The notes beneath the pieces were generated by a model. That model saw nothing but the letters and a program-made list of their open reading frames with translations, was not told where the DNA came from and searched no databases. The position numbers and the translations under genes were made by a program. This document shows, one piece after another, positions 38,827 through 53,833 of a stretch of 64,000 nucleotides of DNA. Origin of the DNA: Octopus vulgaris (lineage: Eukaryota). The DNA lies in contig OX597836.1 in the NCBI GenBank assembly GCA_951406725.2, positions 32,488,001 to 32,552,000 on the forward strand, read 5' to 3'. The stretch's first letter is position 1, and each line of letters starts with the position of its first letter.

Positions 38827-41224
38827 AATATATAAAAATACTATGCTCATTATATTAGGAGATTGTATCTCCTCTACTGCAAGAGTCCTGGTCCTGTCCC
38901 TTTAGCATACTTTAACCTCTCTAAGAACTACTGAGGGAGGTGGCACAAAGCAACCCCTCTCATTCGATTCCTCTCACTCAGTGGTTTTTGTCTCATAAGT
39001 TTCTTGGTGACCTCTCTGGTGCTGGTGCCATGTAAAAAAAGGATCCAGTACACTCTGTAAAATGGTTGGCATTAGGAAGGATGTCCAACAGTAGAAACCA
39101 TGTTTAAGCAGAAAGTAGAACTTGGTGCAATCCTCTGGTTTGCCAGCTCCTGTTCAATGCTGCCAACCTTTACCGGTTTGGAAAACAGATATTAAATGAT
39201 GATGGTGGTGGTGTTGGTGGAGAGTGGTGTTGGTGGTGGTGGTGGTGGTGGTCGTGGTCGTGCTGCTGCTGCTGCTACTGGTAAATGATGATGATGATGA
39301 TTATGACAATGATGATGAATTTGACAATGATGATGATGGGGAATGATGATGATGATGATGACAATGAATATGACGATGATGATGATGACGGCTATGAAAA
39401 TGATGATATTGATGATGATGATGATATTGATAATTCTACAGTCATTTGAACTTTCTGTATCATTTACTACTTGTAAATATTGATTACTTGAGAATATGGT
39501 ATTCTAATAATTGAGTTTCTGAGATATATTTGTCATAAAGGTCTGGTTTAGCTGTTTACAGTCAATTTATATAAACTATTTCTTATCGATACCACTCTTA
39601 TTTGATGCTTTCTCTATACAATCTGCATAACTGTTGAATAATGGACACTTGAGAGATTCTAATAGAGATATTTCTGACTAAGTTACAGATAATAGATTTA
39701 GGATGGTTAGATTGTTTGTGACAGTAATGCAGGTTTTTGTTAGATTTGTGACATCAATGATGTAAGGCAGTGTTAAGGTCATGAGCTTCATCTTGAAAGC
39801 CAAAGTTTTTAGCATTCATTTGAAAGGGAACTGACAGTTTTCCAATAATTTAACCTACTTCTAAAACTTTCAATTAACTACCAAGATAATGTACCGCATT
39901 AAAAGAGAGCAAGGATGTTTATAGGATGTTCATACTTATACACAATTTAACAATAATTTTCTCACACAGTTCTCGCATCTTTAGCCAAAGACACTTATCA
40001 CCCCACTCACACAGAGACAGCTAATCAACCATGCATCAACAGCCTAGCTCAGACTGAAACTCAAAGCAGACAATCAGCTGTTGATATAATATATGTAAGT
40101 TCAGGAGTGAGTGGGTATGCCCACATTGATGTGTATGTCTATATATATATATATAAGTGCAGGAGTGGCTGTGTGGTAAGTAGCTTGCTTACCAGCCACA
40201 TGGTTCCTTCCGGGTTGAGTCCCACTGCATGGCACCTTGGGCAAGTGTCTTCTACTATAGATTCAGGTTGAACAAAGCCTTGTGAGAGGATTTGGAAGAC
40301 GGAAACTATATAAATACTGATTAGTGGTACAACAAGGCACCAATATTTACTGGAAATAGCAGTCAATACAAATAGGACACTATTGTAAAGCTTCACTGCA
40401 TATATACTGGCAAAGACATGTGAGTGCAACAAAAAAGGAAAAATTTGTCTTACCTCTAGGAAGAACATTAGATAAATGGACACCCATAATCGGATTGGAT
40501 TTAAATGAGGCAGCTAGTTAGCAGAGTTTCACCAAAAAGGTAAACAATATATATCATGAAATATGACTGAGGATGTTACAACACTTCCACTGCTAGAAAT
40601 AAGAGACATATAAGATTTTTGGGAGGCCATGCAACCAAATAGTAAATTGGGGATCCGCAGTAGTATTTTATGGGTCAATGAAAATATTTTGCCTTCGACA
40701 TGTTTATTGCAAGAAACAACTACGAGATTTCTTTAACACTTTTTATAGTTCAACTTACACAAAAGTGGAAAACAAAACAGAAATTTTGAAAGAATTATTT
40801 ATAAAATTAGTTTTTAAGCATCAAATGGCTATGGGGGTCCATCAGAATAATATAATGAACAAAGAGGTCTACAGATAAAAATATGATTGAGAACCCCTGT
40901 AATAAAGCTTTCAAATCTGGCCCTGCCCTGTGTCACACTCCCAAGGAAAACTTTATGTTTCACCTACTCCACTGTCTGCTGGACTGCTTTCGGTGACTTC
41001 CATTTCCTCACTGTTCTCGTTGCAGTTCCTGCACCACACACTTTAGTGTCCATAAAGCTAATGTCGTGCCAGTGTTTTCTTACCTTTGACATCGTTTATT
41101 TCTACCTGATGGAACTGAATGTAAACTTGAGGTTTGTTGCTGTCTCTATACTGTGTGGTACATCTCAAACTATAAGACAAACCCAGCTGCATGCAAAGAC
41201 GGCTACACACCAGCTTGTTCTACC

Positions 41225-41269
<45 letters not shown>

Positions 41270-43164
41270 GTCTATCTATCTGTCTATCTATCTTTGTGGC
41301 TCTTTGTTGTAGTATTGTGTGACAGTTGTAAACGAATGTCATTGTCAGACAGGCAGTGTCATTCATTTGCAATATTCTGCAAGACTAGGTCTGGGACATT
41401 GCCAAATATAACCTTTATTAGGAAATAGGGGAAGGTTGAGGCTGATGACAGGAAGGATAGCTGACCGTAGGAAATCTGCCTCAATAAACTCCGCCTGAAC
41501 CATGCAAGCATAGAAAGTGGACTTTTTGATGATGATGGTGGTGATGAAGATGGTGGCAGTAGTGGTGGTGGTGGTGGTGGTAGTTATGATGATGATGATG
41601 ATGATATACACACACACACTCACATGCAATGTGTCTCTAATTGTTTGTTAGTCAGACTAATTTACATTTCCAATTTTAGAGGTGGCACTTGTTATGTCAG
41701 CATCTTTACTTTGGTAGTTACAAAATACTCCTCAATCATTCCATTCATGTCTTCTGGATTGTATTTTCATCTCTCAGGTATATTGATCTAACTTTCTACA
41801 TTCTTGTGTAAAAGGTAAAATTCAATTAAGTAACTCTATTTTTAGTGCTACAACCAGCCTAAGAATTTGATTTTTGAATTCCAGTAAGTAGCTTCAGGCT
41901 TTCTATATTCTGGCATTATAAACATCATTGTCTGGTGTTTCTTCACCATCATCATCAGCAGCAGCAGCAACAGCATCATTGTCATAATTGTTGGCATTCT
42001 ACCTTTATCATCATCATCATCTGTTGCTTACAATTTTTGCTTGGATTGGTTTCAACATCAGGCATGTCACATGTTCTGTTCCATCATCAGGGTTTAAAGC
42101 TTGTAGTGTAATATATAGATAGTACAATGTGTTTGTGGAGGCATATGGCCTACTGGTTAGAGCATGGTCGAAGGATCGTGGGTTTGAAATTCAGACCAGC
42201 TAGTGTGTGTGTTTATGAGTGAAACACCTAAGCTCCATGCAGCTCTGGCCGAAGGTAATGGCAAACTTCTGCTGACTCTTTTGCCACAACTTTCTCTCAC
42301 TCTTTCCTCCTGCATCTAGCAGCTCACCTGTGACGGACTGGCAACCCGTCCAGACGAGGAACCTATATGCTAGTGAAACCAGGAAACCAGACATTATGAG
42401 CCAGGCAAGAAGGAACAAACAGTAACAAAAACAATGTGTCTGATGTGGATGTGTGTCATGTTATCTCAAGAGTTCATACAGAGGTGAAAGAATAAATAAG
42501 AAATCTATACATTTACTATATAAAAATACATTTAATTCTTCTTTCGATGATAATACATAGAATCAAATTGTAGAAACTAGTTGAACGAAGTAATCTTATG
42601 CAAAATAGGAAGTGTAAATCAACAGCAAAGTGATGGCTCTCAATCATATTGGCTATGAAGCATAGACAAATGGGTGGATATAGCAATGACGTGAATGGCT
42701 CTAAGTGGAATCGACTAAGAAGCGAAAAGCTGGGTTACCAAACTGCTTTTATTTATGGAATGCTAAACATTCTAGAAACTTCCAAAAGAAACACCAAGCT
42801 TCTTGAATAATTAAAAATTCAGTTTCATGATATCAACGTTTTGAGAAACTTAGGAAGGGAGGTTATTCTATGATCTTCCTTGCAAGGAAGATCATTCAAC
42901 TATATATCTATACAGCTACAAGTTATCTACAGTTGTGACATCACTACCATTTTCCATCAGAGCATCATTTTGCAATATTTCCCACATTTTGTTATCCCAT
43001 AGAGGGGCGAACCAGATGGCTGCACCAGGCTCCAATCTTGATCTGGCAGTGTTTCTACAGCTGGATGCTCTTCCTAACGCCAACCACTCCAAGAGTGTAG
43101 TGGGTGCTTCTACATGCCGCCGGCATGGGGTCCAGTCAGGCGGTACTGGCAACAACCTTGCTCG

Positions 43165-43263
<99 letters not shown>

Positions 43264-44537
43264 CATATATATATATGTATGTGTGTGTGTGAACTCCCTC
43301 ATAAACACACACATGTATATACAGTTGCACTCATACACACCATAGTCCATCTTTCAATCTGTACAGACCTTCCAGATACAGACAAGATTACAATCAGTCC
43401 TTATATATTTTCCCCTTGTTCGAAAATATAAGGACACAGATCATGTCGTATAGCCAGCTGGAGACAATGTCTCCTGGGGCTAAATTACAGCAACATTAGT
43501 CCTAAACCAGGACTGCAATGTTATGTTGGCAAACAATCTTTACTACAACATTAAAATGTAGTTCAAGGAAGTCTTCAGGTTTAGATAAAGAGGTTTTGTA
43601 TAGCACAGCTCTATCTCTTCCTAGCTGTAGCATTCTTCGACGCTTTCATTTGTTATATCTGAATGTGTTTCCTTGTTCTGAAGCCATAGTAAGCCTTGAA
43701 TTGTGTGGTTAACTTCTTGGTTTTGAATCAAAATGCATTCAATAGCTGCAGAACAAATGTCTTTTGGTTTTCCTTTCTCTGTAATCCAAATAAAACGAAG
43801 TAAAAATGTGGCAAGTTATAAATTTTAAATCATCAATTGCTGAGAAAATTGTCAAAAATCATATAATAGGCAAAATGTTCTTTTACAATTCACACTAGTT
43901 TTTCAATTCAAATGTAAATTTAAACAAGAGATGAAATTAAGTTTTTTTCTCTTTTATTTCAGTTTTGAATTTATATAATTTATTTTTGAAAATATCAAAG
44001 GAAAAAAATTTGCTTCTTTATCTTTATATTTTTTTTTCCGAATTTTTATTGTTGTATAAATTGTCTATTTACTGTAAAAGTATCTGTCACAGTCTAAATA
44101 TTATTAATTTGGTAGCTTAGGAAATAACACAATTGTTATACAATCTTTGTCTGCGTTATTAATAACTGTTATTTGCAAAAGTCTGAAATTATTTTTTTTT
44201 CATTTTCTCTTTCAAATCACATTTCGACCAATCAACCAACGTTATTTCTTTCCAACAGATTCAAACTAAAACTCGTTATCGTTATGAAAATGATATAAGA
44301 GCTTTAAATTCAATATTAAACAAATATTCTTTGGCAGGCGTGGCTGTGCGGTTAAGAAGTTTGCTTCCTAACCATGTGGTCTTGGGTTCAGTTCACTCAC
44401 ACTGTATGGCACCTTGGGGCAACTGTCTTCTAATTTAGCCCTAGATCAATCAAAGCCTTGTGAGTGGATTTGGCAGATAGAAACTAAAAGAAACCCACCA
44501 AGTATATATGTATACTCTCCTTGTTTTTTTCTGTGTA

Positions 44538-44575
44538 TCTTTCTGTGGAAGAGCGTAGGCTCGAAACGTAAAAGA
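44538..44575 (+). ncRNA. Ultra-minimal hammerhead-like motif, A6U core variant
   Basis: TCTTT CTGTGGA A GAGC GTAG GCTC GAAA C GT A AAAGA. Perfect 5-bp stem I and 4-bp stem II, loopless palindromic stem III (ACGT), GUA triplet. Confidence 0.55.
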
Positions 44576-44672
44576 CGTTTTCTATTTCTATTCCTGAGCG
44601 CTATGCTAATACATTTGTTTGTTTGTACTCCACCTGCCTTCGTCTTTTGTTTATTTTCGTAAACTTTCCCTT

Positions 44673-44713
<41 letters not shown>

Positions 44714-45420
44714 ACTCATCATCACCATTATCACTCATCATCGTTTAATGTCCATTTTCCATGCTAGCATGGGTTGGACGGTTTAATAGGGGCTGGCTTG
44801 GCAGAAGACTGCACCAGTCTTCACTGTCTATTTTTTACAGCTGTTTTTTTTACAGCTGGATGGCCTGGCCTTGTTGTTAGGGTGTTGCACTCATGATTGC
44901 TGGATTGTGGGTTCAATTCCCAGATGAATCAGCACATCGTACTCTTGAGCAAAACACTTCATCTCATATTGTCCTGCAGTCATTTCACACCTGACATGGG
45001 GCACAGGTAATGTCAGTTTGATGGTGGGAATGAGCTTGTGTAAACACAAACATTTGATTACTATAAACAAATCACCTATGTGGTTGTTCCACAAGAAATT
45101 CTAAAAGCCTCCTCTATTGATAGGAGAGAGAGAGAGAGTCCACTATGTACATCTGTGTGTGTGTGTGTCTTTGTATTAATATGTGTGTTTGCACACACAC
45201 ACACACGCACACACACATACGCACACATTACACTTTTGGAGTGCTTGGCATTAGGAAGGGCATCTAGCCGTAGAAACCATGCCAAAACAGACTCGAGAAC
45301 CCAGTCATGGCTGTCAAACAATTTCTGTGACCACATCTGTTGCAGCCTTCCAGCTTGCTAGCCCTAATCAAACCGTCCAACTTATGCCAGCATGGACAAT
45401 GGACATTAAACAATGATGAT

Positions 45421-45522
<102 letters not shown>

Positions 45523-46352
45523 TATGCATACATATATAAATATATATTCATGTGTATATATATATATATGTATATGCACACATATATGAATATATATATA
45601 AGATATGTATTTGTGTGTCTGTGTGTGTGCATATATGTGTTTGTATTATGGGCTTCTTTTAGTTTCCGCTCCTGAGGCTTTACAAGGTTTTTGGGTTGTT
45701 CCTAGGGCTAGAGAAGAAGACATTGGCCCAAGGCGCTGTGGGGTGGTACTGAATCTAAAACCACATGGTTCGGAAATAAACTGCTTAGCCACACAGCCAT
45801 GCCTGAACCTAGTGTAGTTGATATATGTTATCGGAACTGAGAGCTAGAAATATGCTGTATGATTTTATTGTATATACAAAGAATTTATTTGTAATAAAGA
45901 AATATATGGATAACATTCAAAATAAATAGTTTAGAAAACTTGTGTCTCCATGATTATTTAATAAAAGAGATATTATTGCCTAGTTGCACTGTGTTGAGAG
46001 GAATGATCTGATAGGTGGGTTATATTAATCTTGTATGAAAGGCAATGCACAAGTGTGTGTATGACAGCTGGGAATAAAAAGGACTTGCTGATGTGTGTAA
46101 CAGAAACCAACAGTGCTGGTGAAGGTCAGTGATGTGAATGGAGAGTACATGAATTTCTCTCTCTCTCTCTCTCTCTCTCTTTCATTCTTTTCTTCTCTAT
46201 CTCTCGCTCTGTCTCTTCTTCTCTATCAATCTACAGAAAAGTGGTATATTGTCTACTTCATCTCAATCTCACTCCATCTTCTTCACCCACTCATTCTTGG
46301 GAGGGTCTTGGAGACAGAGTTATTATATATATATCATATACATATATATGTA

Positions 46353-46417
<65 letters not shown>

Positions 46418-46643
46418 ATATATATACAAATAATCAGAAAATGGAGAAAACCTCAGATTAACAGACACATTGACTGGACCACAATTATAGCTTATTTTTT
46501 TAATACAAAGCATGACATAACAAATAGGTGATGTAACAAATCTTACAGCCATTTCCGCATCCGTTGCCAAACACTATAAATAATTGCGAAAATAAAATTC
46601 TTCATTTTCATAGGTCATATATAGCCCATCGTATATATGTATA

Positions 46644-46707
<64 letters not shown>

Positions 46708-47505
46708 TGTGTCTGTGTTTGTCCCCCCAACATTGCTTGACAACCGATGTTGGCATGTCTACGTCCCTGTAACTTAGCAGTTTGGCAAAAGAGACCAATA
46801 GAATAAGTACTAGGCTTCCAAAGAATAAGTCCTGGGATCGATTTGTTCGACTAAAGACTGTGCTCCAGCATGGCTACAGTCAAATGACTGAAGCAAATAA
46901 AAGAATAAAAGAATAAAAAAAGCTATATACACACATACAGAGACACATACAAGGATACACAAACATACATACATATGAGTTTGTGTGTGCATATATATGT
47001 ATGTATACACACAAATATACATATACATGCACACACACACACTGACATACATAAACTTACACATCCACATATGCCAGCCACAAATGCTCCATACCATTGT
47101 TAACACGAGCAAGGAATTATCTTTGTTTCTAACCTTTTCATAAAATAAAATGAAGTTTGTTCTGGTTGAATAATTTTGTTTCAAGTTATTTTAAAATTTA
47201 TAATGTCTTTCTAACAATATTGTCTTCATTAATATGGAACTGTTCTAAGTGTCTCCAAAATTTCCAATAATCTCATTAGCCTTCTTTTGAAAGCTACTCA
47301 TAGGTTAATAACTTAATTGTTATTTAATTATAAATGTTGTAACGAAATTATAAGTACAATGTCACAGTGTCACTTTGAAAATAGACAGAGACGTGATTAG
47401 TAACATTTAGGAGCAGATGTAGCTGTGTGGTAAGAAGCTTGATTTTCAAACGCATGGTTTCAATGTTCAGTTCCACTGTGTGGTACTTTGAACAAGTACG
47501 TAGCC

Positions 47506-47874
47506 GTATTTCGTCTGCCGTTACGTTCTGAGTTCAAATTCCGCCAAGGTTGACTTTGCCTTTCATCCTTTCGGGGTCGATTAAATAAGAACCAATTACG
47601 CACTGAGGTCGATATAATCGACTTAATCCGTGTGTCTGTCCTTGTTTGTCCTCTCTGTGTTTAGCCCCTTGTGGGTAGTAAAAAAATAGGTATTTAATCT
47701 GCCATTACGTTCTGAGTTCAAATTCCACCGAGGTTGACTTTGCCTTTCATCCTTTCGGGGTCGATTAAATAAGTACCAGTTATGCACTGGGGTCGATATA
47801 ATCGACTTAATCCGTGTGTCTGTCCTTGTTTGTCCTCTCTGTGTTTAGCCCCTTGTGGGTAGTAAAAAATTAGG
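47506..47874 (+). repeat. Tandem dimer of a 5'-truncated SINE (~184 bp x2) inserted in another SINE
   Basis: GTATTT..TCTGCC.TTACGTTCTGAG...TGTGGGTAGTAAAAAA.TAG occurs twice. Host SINE sequence GGTAC(T/C)TTGAACAAGTA is duplicated on both sides. Confidence 0.85.
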
Positions 47875-49635
47875 TACCTTGAACAAGTATCTTCGACTGT
47901 AGCTCCAGGTTGACCAAAGCTTTGTGTATGGATTTGGTAGATAGAAACTGAAAGAAGTCCATCATATATGTGAGTTTGTGCATTTGTCTGTGTGTGTGTG
48001 TTTGTCCCTCACTCACAAGGCTTTGGCCAGTCCAACATTATAGTTGAAAACACCAGTCCAAGGTGCTGTGCAGTGGGACTGAACATAAGACCACATGGTT
48101 AGGAAGCAAGCCATGCATGCTCCTGTCATTAGCATTGTACTGTGTCCATGACCACGACAGACACTCGATCCTTCAACATTCAGATTACTCTGTCAAATAT
48201 AATCCTTATTTATCCACATTGTTTTGAATTAATCATTGCTTTATCTCATAGATTTGAGATTTCAGAGGTGGTGTATGGTAGTTGTTGTCCTGGGTGTGCG
48301 GCCACACCCAGTGCCACCAAATTTCAAGCAAGGGTATAACAAAAGTTTTCCATTAAGATTTGTAATTAAATTAATGAATAAGGTTAATATTTATAATGTA
48401 TTTGCCATTTTGTGAAGGCCCATGGCTCAGTGGTTAGGGTGTCGAGCTTACGATCGCAGGGTTGTGAGTTTGAATCCCGGACTGGGCTGCGTGTTGTGCT
48501 CTTGAGCAAGACACTTTATTTCACGTTACTCCAGTTCACTCAGCTGTAGAAATGAATTGCGACATCACAGGTACAAAGCTGTATCAGCCTTTGCCTTTCC
48601 CTTGGATAACATCGGTGGCGTGGAGAGGAGAGACCGGTGTGCATGGATGACTGCTGGTCTTCCATAAACAACCTTGCCTGGACTTGTGCCTGGGAGGGTA
48701 ACTTTCTCGGTGCAATCCCATGGTCATTCATGACCGAGGGGGGGGGGGGAGCAGCAGCAGCTCAGCATTTGCCATTTTTAGGATGGGTGTGCAGCACACA
48801 CCTAGCACACACAGAATTATGCGCACCTGGATTTCAGTGATTGCTTATTTTTAGAATGACATTATGGGGTAGGTGTAAGAGGCTGAATCTGGCCAGTTTA
48901 AAGGTCAAACACATCAGATATTTTGTCCAGATGTAGCTGGTTTAAATGCTAAAGGATTGACTTCCTAATTGCTCAAAATAATTAGCTGTAGTTACATCCT
49001 TCAGGATAGGAAGAACCCTTTGAGCAATGGACAAAATACCTTGTGGTGTTCATTCTGGTTCTCTGCTCTCTGAGGTTCAAATACTACCAATGTCAACTTT
49101 GTCTTTCATTCCTTTCGGGTTCAAAACTGAACCCAGTCTGGTGAATCGGTGGATTTATTGTCCAACCCATGCCAGCATGGAAAATGGACATTAACTGATG
49201 ATGATGATGATGATGGTTTTTGATGAGAGACCTAGCAGTAAAGGATCTTAGCCACAGATTCACCACCACTCCCTCCATCAAATCGACATTACCTGTACAA
49301 GTACATGGTGTGCCACACATCAGGTGTCAAAGTGATTGCAGAGCAATATGCGATGAAGTGTTTTGCTCAAGAACACAATGTACCACCCAGTCCTGGAATT
49401 GAACCCACAATCTCACACCCTAAGCACTTGGTCATGCACCCTCACATATTTTATTTGTTTTGCTCATTAGACTGTAGCCATGCTGGGGCAATGTCTTGAA
49501 GAATTTTTAGCCAGTTCTTATTTTTTCTTTTAACCCTGGTGCTTATTCTATCAGTCTCTTTTGCAGAATTGCTAAGTTTTGGGGATGTAAATATACCAAC
49601 ACCAGTTGTCAAGCAATGGTGGAGGACAAACAGAC

Positions 49636-49692
<57 letters not shown>

Positions 49693-50256
49693 AATATACA
49701 ATGGACTTCTTTCAGTTTCCATTTATCAAATCCACTAACAAGGCTTTGGTCAGCTCAAGGCTATAATAGAAGACACTTGCCCAATGTGCCACACAGTAGT
49801 ACTGAACCCAGAACCATGTGGTCTGGAAGCAAGCATTTTACCTCACAGCCATCCATAAATATTACATCTGGTGGTGATTATTGGTCAGACCAAATTGTAT
49901 TCACAGTAACTTGTTTAACTTTCACACTATGGAAAATTTTGAGAAATTAAAATAGATTTTATAGTCAGAGCAATTACTTGTCTAAATTTCTATAATGATA
50001 TCCAACAATAATTTAAATTTCCAAATTGCATCTTTTGTGTGTTAATGTCTTGCACAGTTTAGGTGCTAAGTGTCTCCAAACTTTTCTTAGGATTTCATTG
50101 AAAATGGTTTATAATATAGGACAGAGTGTCTGTAGTTAAATGCTGTTTATAGGAGAGGTTGTGAAAGACAATGAAAGACTGTGCAATGAAGTATAAGGAT
50201 GTTTAATTTGTTGTAATAGGTTTTTCTGTCATAATGATATAATGTGCGAGTTATAA

Positions 50257-50270
50257 CTAGAAAGATAGAT

Positions 50271-50337
<67 letters not shown>

Positions 50338-50466
50338 GTAGGTAGGTAGGTAGGTAGGTAGGTAGGTAGGTAGGTAGGTAGGTAGGTAGGTAGGTAGGTA
50401 GGCATCAGGAAGGCAGGAAGGAAGGCAGGTAGGCAGGTAGGTAGGTAGAAATAAACAGATAAATAG

Positions 50467-50497
<31 letters not shown>

Positions 50498-50542
50498 AAT
50501 AGATAGATATATAGAAAAATAGATAGATATATAGATAAATAT

Positions 50543-50583
<41 letters not shown>

Positions 50584-50930
50584 GAAAGACAGATAGATAG
50601 ACAGACAGACAGACAGATAGGTAGGTAGGTAGGTAGGTAGGTAGGTAGATAGATAGATAGATAGATAGACTGACAGACAAATGGATAGATAGATAGATAA
50701 ATAGATACATACATACATACATACATACATACATACATACATACATACATACATACATACATACATACATAGACAGACAGTCAGATGGATAGATAGATAG
50801 ATAGATAGATAGACAGACATACAGACAGACAGACAGACAGACAGATACATACATACATACATACATACATACATACATACATACATACATAGACAGACAT
50901 ACATACATAGAGTTAGATAGATAGATAGAT
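50257..50930. repeat. Compound tetranucleotide array (GATA/GGTA/GACA/CATA)
   Basis: About 670 bp of alternating blocks of AGAT, AGGT, AGAC and ACAT repeats. Confidence 0.95.
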
Positions 50931-51616
50931 TATGAAAATAGTTTGTACATCCTTAATATTGACTAGTGTCTGTTCCGCAAGGTGGTGTTATTGATTTAGC
51001 ATTCTAACTCCAGCAAATCACTTTGCATTAAACACAAAGAACATAACACATGCAGACAGTCAGAAATTGCATCAATTGAAATAGAGTTTGGAACATAACA
51101 GGAATAAAAAAAATTAATTAAGATCAAACATTTGAATTATGGTTAAAGTGATTTGCATTTTCCAAACTATTTATACTCCTCGTTTGGTTTCACAAACACA
51201 AAATGAAGAAAACGAAAAACATCGTTATTCATATGTTTGAATGTTACTGTGAAAAACATGTTGGAAGATTAATGTGTGGAATACTAAATATTTTTTTTTT
51301 TGTTTTATTTGTTTCATTACATTCTTTTGCTTGTTTCAGTTATTAGACTGTGGCCATGTTTGGGGTACTGCCTTGAAGAATTTTTAATCGAATGAATCAG
51401 CCCCAGTCCCTTTTTAGAGTTTTTAATGTGGTTTTAGTGCCATATGGAATCTATTTTCAGCATGTAGAGGGGCGGGCACATTGCCAATCCCTTGATATAA
51501 TTATGTATATAATTATTAATATAATATTTGGAAAATTTATCTATAAGGTTTTTATTTTCATGCTGACCTGATAAAATCATGAATAATTTTATCCTTTATT
51601 GTAAAATATATGTATA

Positions 51617-51657
<41 letters not shown>

Positions 51658-51777
51658 GTATATACACACATAATGGGCTTCTTTCAATTTCCATCTACCA
51701 AATCCACTCAAGGCTTTGGTCAGCCAGAAGCTATTGTAGAAGACGCTTGCCCAAGGATTATACTTTCTTTTATTATA

Positions 51778-51825
<48 letters not shown>

Positions 51826-52549
51826 TCACTTCTGAGATCTCCCGGTCTTTACTTGCTCTAGTTGATTCTGTGAGAGTGGAGAGCAACATATTGTGAGAGG
51901 TCTCATGGAGTCTCTTTCTGTAAACTATTAAGCTTTGGTACTTGGATGTCAACTTATGGAAGACACTCAAAATCATTATCACTATTATTATTACTATTAT
52001 TATTATTATTATTATTATTATTGTAGAGAGAGAAGTGTTGTCTTCTGGCTAGTTTGCTGCAAGGTGGATGAAAGTGGTGAGAATGGTGCGACTGAGCATA
52101 CACCTGTAGCTGGAGAAAAGGAAAGGAAAAGAAGCACCTACCCCAAAAGTCAGGGTGCCCATGGTTTTTATGGGGTTTTTCCATGAGCAGCCCTTGAATG
52201 TCTTCTTCCTACTGAGGATTACACATTGTTGAATTATTTTGCTTTTTGGGGGTTTTTTTGCATCATGTTAGTCTTGTTTACGTGCAAAACCCTCACTACA
52301 ACACACACACATACACACACATTCTTTGTTTTGTCTTGAACTGTCCTTAATGTTTTTATTAATGTAAACCCTTGTGGCTAATAAAGAAATCATTATTATT
52401 ATTATTATCATTATTATTATTATTATTATTATGATTATTGCCTCTATTCTCTTTCAGTTGCATCTAAAATAACATTGGTTTCAGTTACCATTTTCTTCTT
52501 GTTCTCTGCATGTTTGCTTTTCATTTTCTTTCTTTTTTCTCTCTCTCAG

Positions 52550-52634
52550 GTATGTCAAGCTGGCAGACTGCTCAGGTCCAACAAGCCTTTGGGGAGTTTC
52601 AAACTTGATGTTGCCACTGTCTTTGCTAATACAG
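52550..52634 (+). CDS. OTOF: Otoferlin-like ferlin, exon F (C2B domain)
   Basis: Long pyrimidine tract + CAG acceptor, CAG|GTATTT donor. 85 nt, VCQAGRLLRSNKPLGSFKLDVATVFANT (otoferlin [28 protein letters not shown]). In frame with exon E. Confidence 0.93.
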
Positions 52635-53719
52635 GTATTTGAAGTGAATATTTACAATTGTTATTCATATGCACAAAAAAAAAACACTAACACATCTTGT
52701 TTCTTTCGTTTTCGTTTTGTAATTGCACACCTGTATAATTCACACATTTGATAAGATGTCAAGGAATCTGCTGAAGTTAAGTTCGAAGCAATAAAAACAT
52801 AAGATGAAAAGCAGCACATAAGAATGATAAATACAGGAATACTGTGAAAAAGTAGTTTATCTGTGACCCATTAAGAACTGCCATTCTTATATGTAAACAG
52901 CAAATAATAAAACTGCTGGTGTGTACAAAGCTTTGTCAAGCTGAAATTAATTAACTGAAGGCACACCAAGCAGTGGTGATTAAAATAATGATGTGTAGAT
53001 TTGTATCTAATATGTTTATATATTCACACAGATGTACATGTGTATTTGTGTTTTTATCAATATATAGATATACACACATACATGCATGTTATAATTTATA
53101 TATATATGTGCTAGTGGCATGTGAAAAACAACATTTCAGCATGGTTGTTACTTGTGCCGCTGGACTGGCTCCTGTGCAGGTAGCACGTAAAAACACCTTT
53201 TGAACATGGTCGTCGCCAGAACTGCCTGACTGGCCCTCATGCCGGTGGCACGTAAAAAGCACCAACTACAATCTCAGAATGGTTGGTGTTAGGAAGGGCA
53301 TCCACTTATAGAAACTTTGCCAGATCAGATTGAGCCTGGTACAGCCTCTGGTTCACCAGTCCTCAGTCAAACCGTCCAACCCATGCCAGCATGGAAAGTG
53401 GATGATAAACAATGATAAACCGACCAACACATGGAAAATGGACGTTGAACGATGATGATGATGATGATGATGATGATGTATATATGTATGTGTGTGTGTA
53501 TATATATATATCCTACCTCATAGTTTGGAAGCAAAAGTACTTACATGCATATGTATACACATGGAAATTTCAGCCTACCAAATTTAATCACAAGGCTTCG
53601 GTTAGTTCAAATTTATAGCAGAAGACACCCAAGTTGCCATGCAGTGGGACTGAACCCGGAACCATGTGGCTGGGAAGCAAGCTTCCTAACCACACACCCT
53701 TGCCTGTGTCTATGTATAT

Positions 53720-53833
<114 letters not shown>

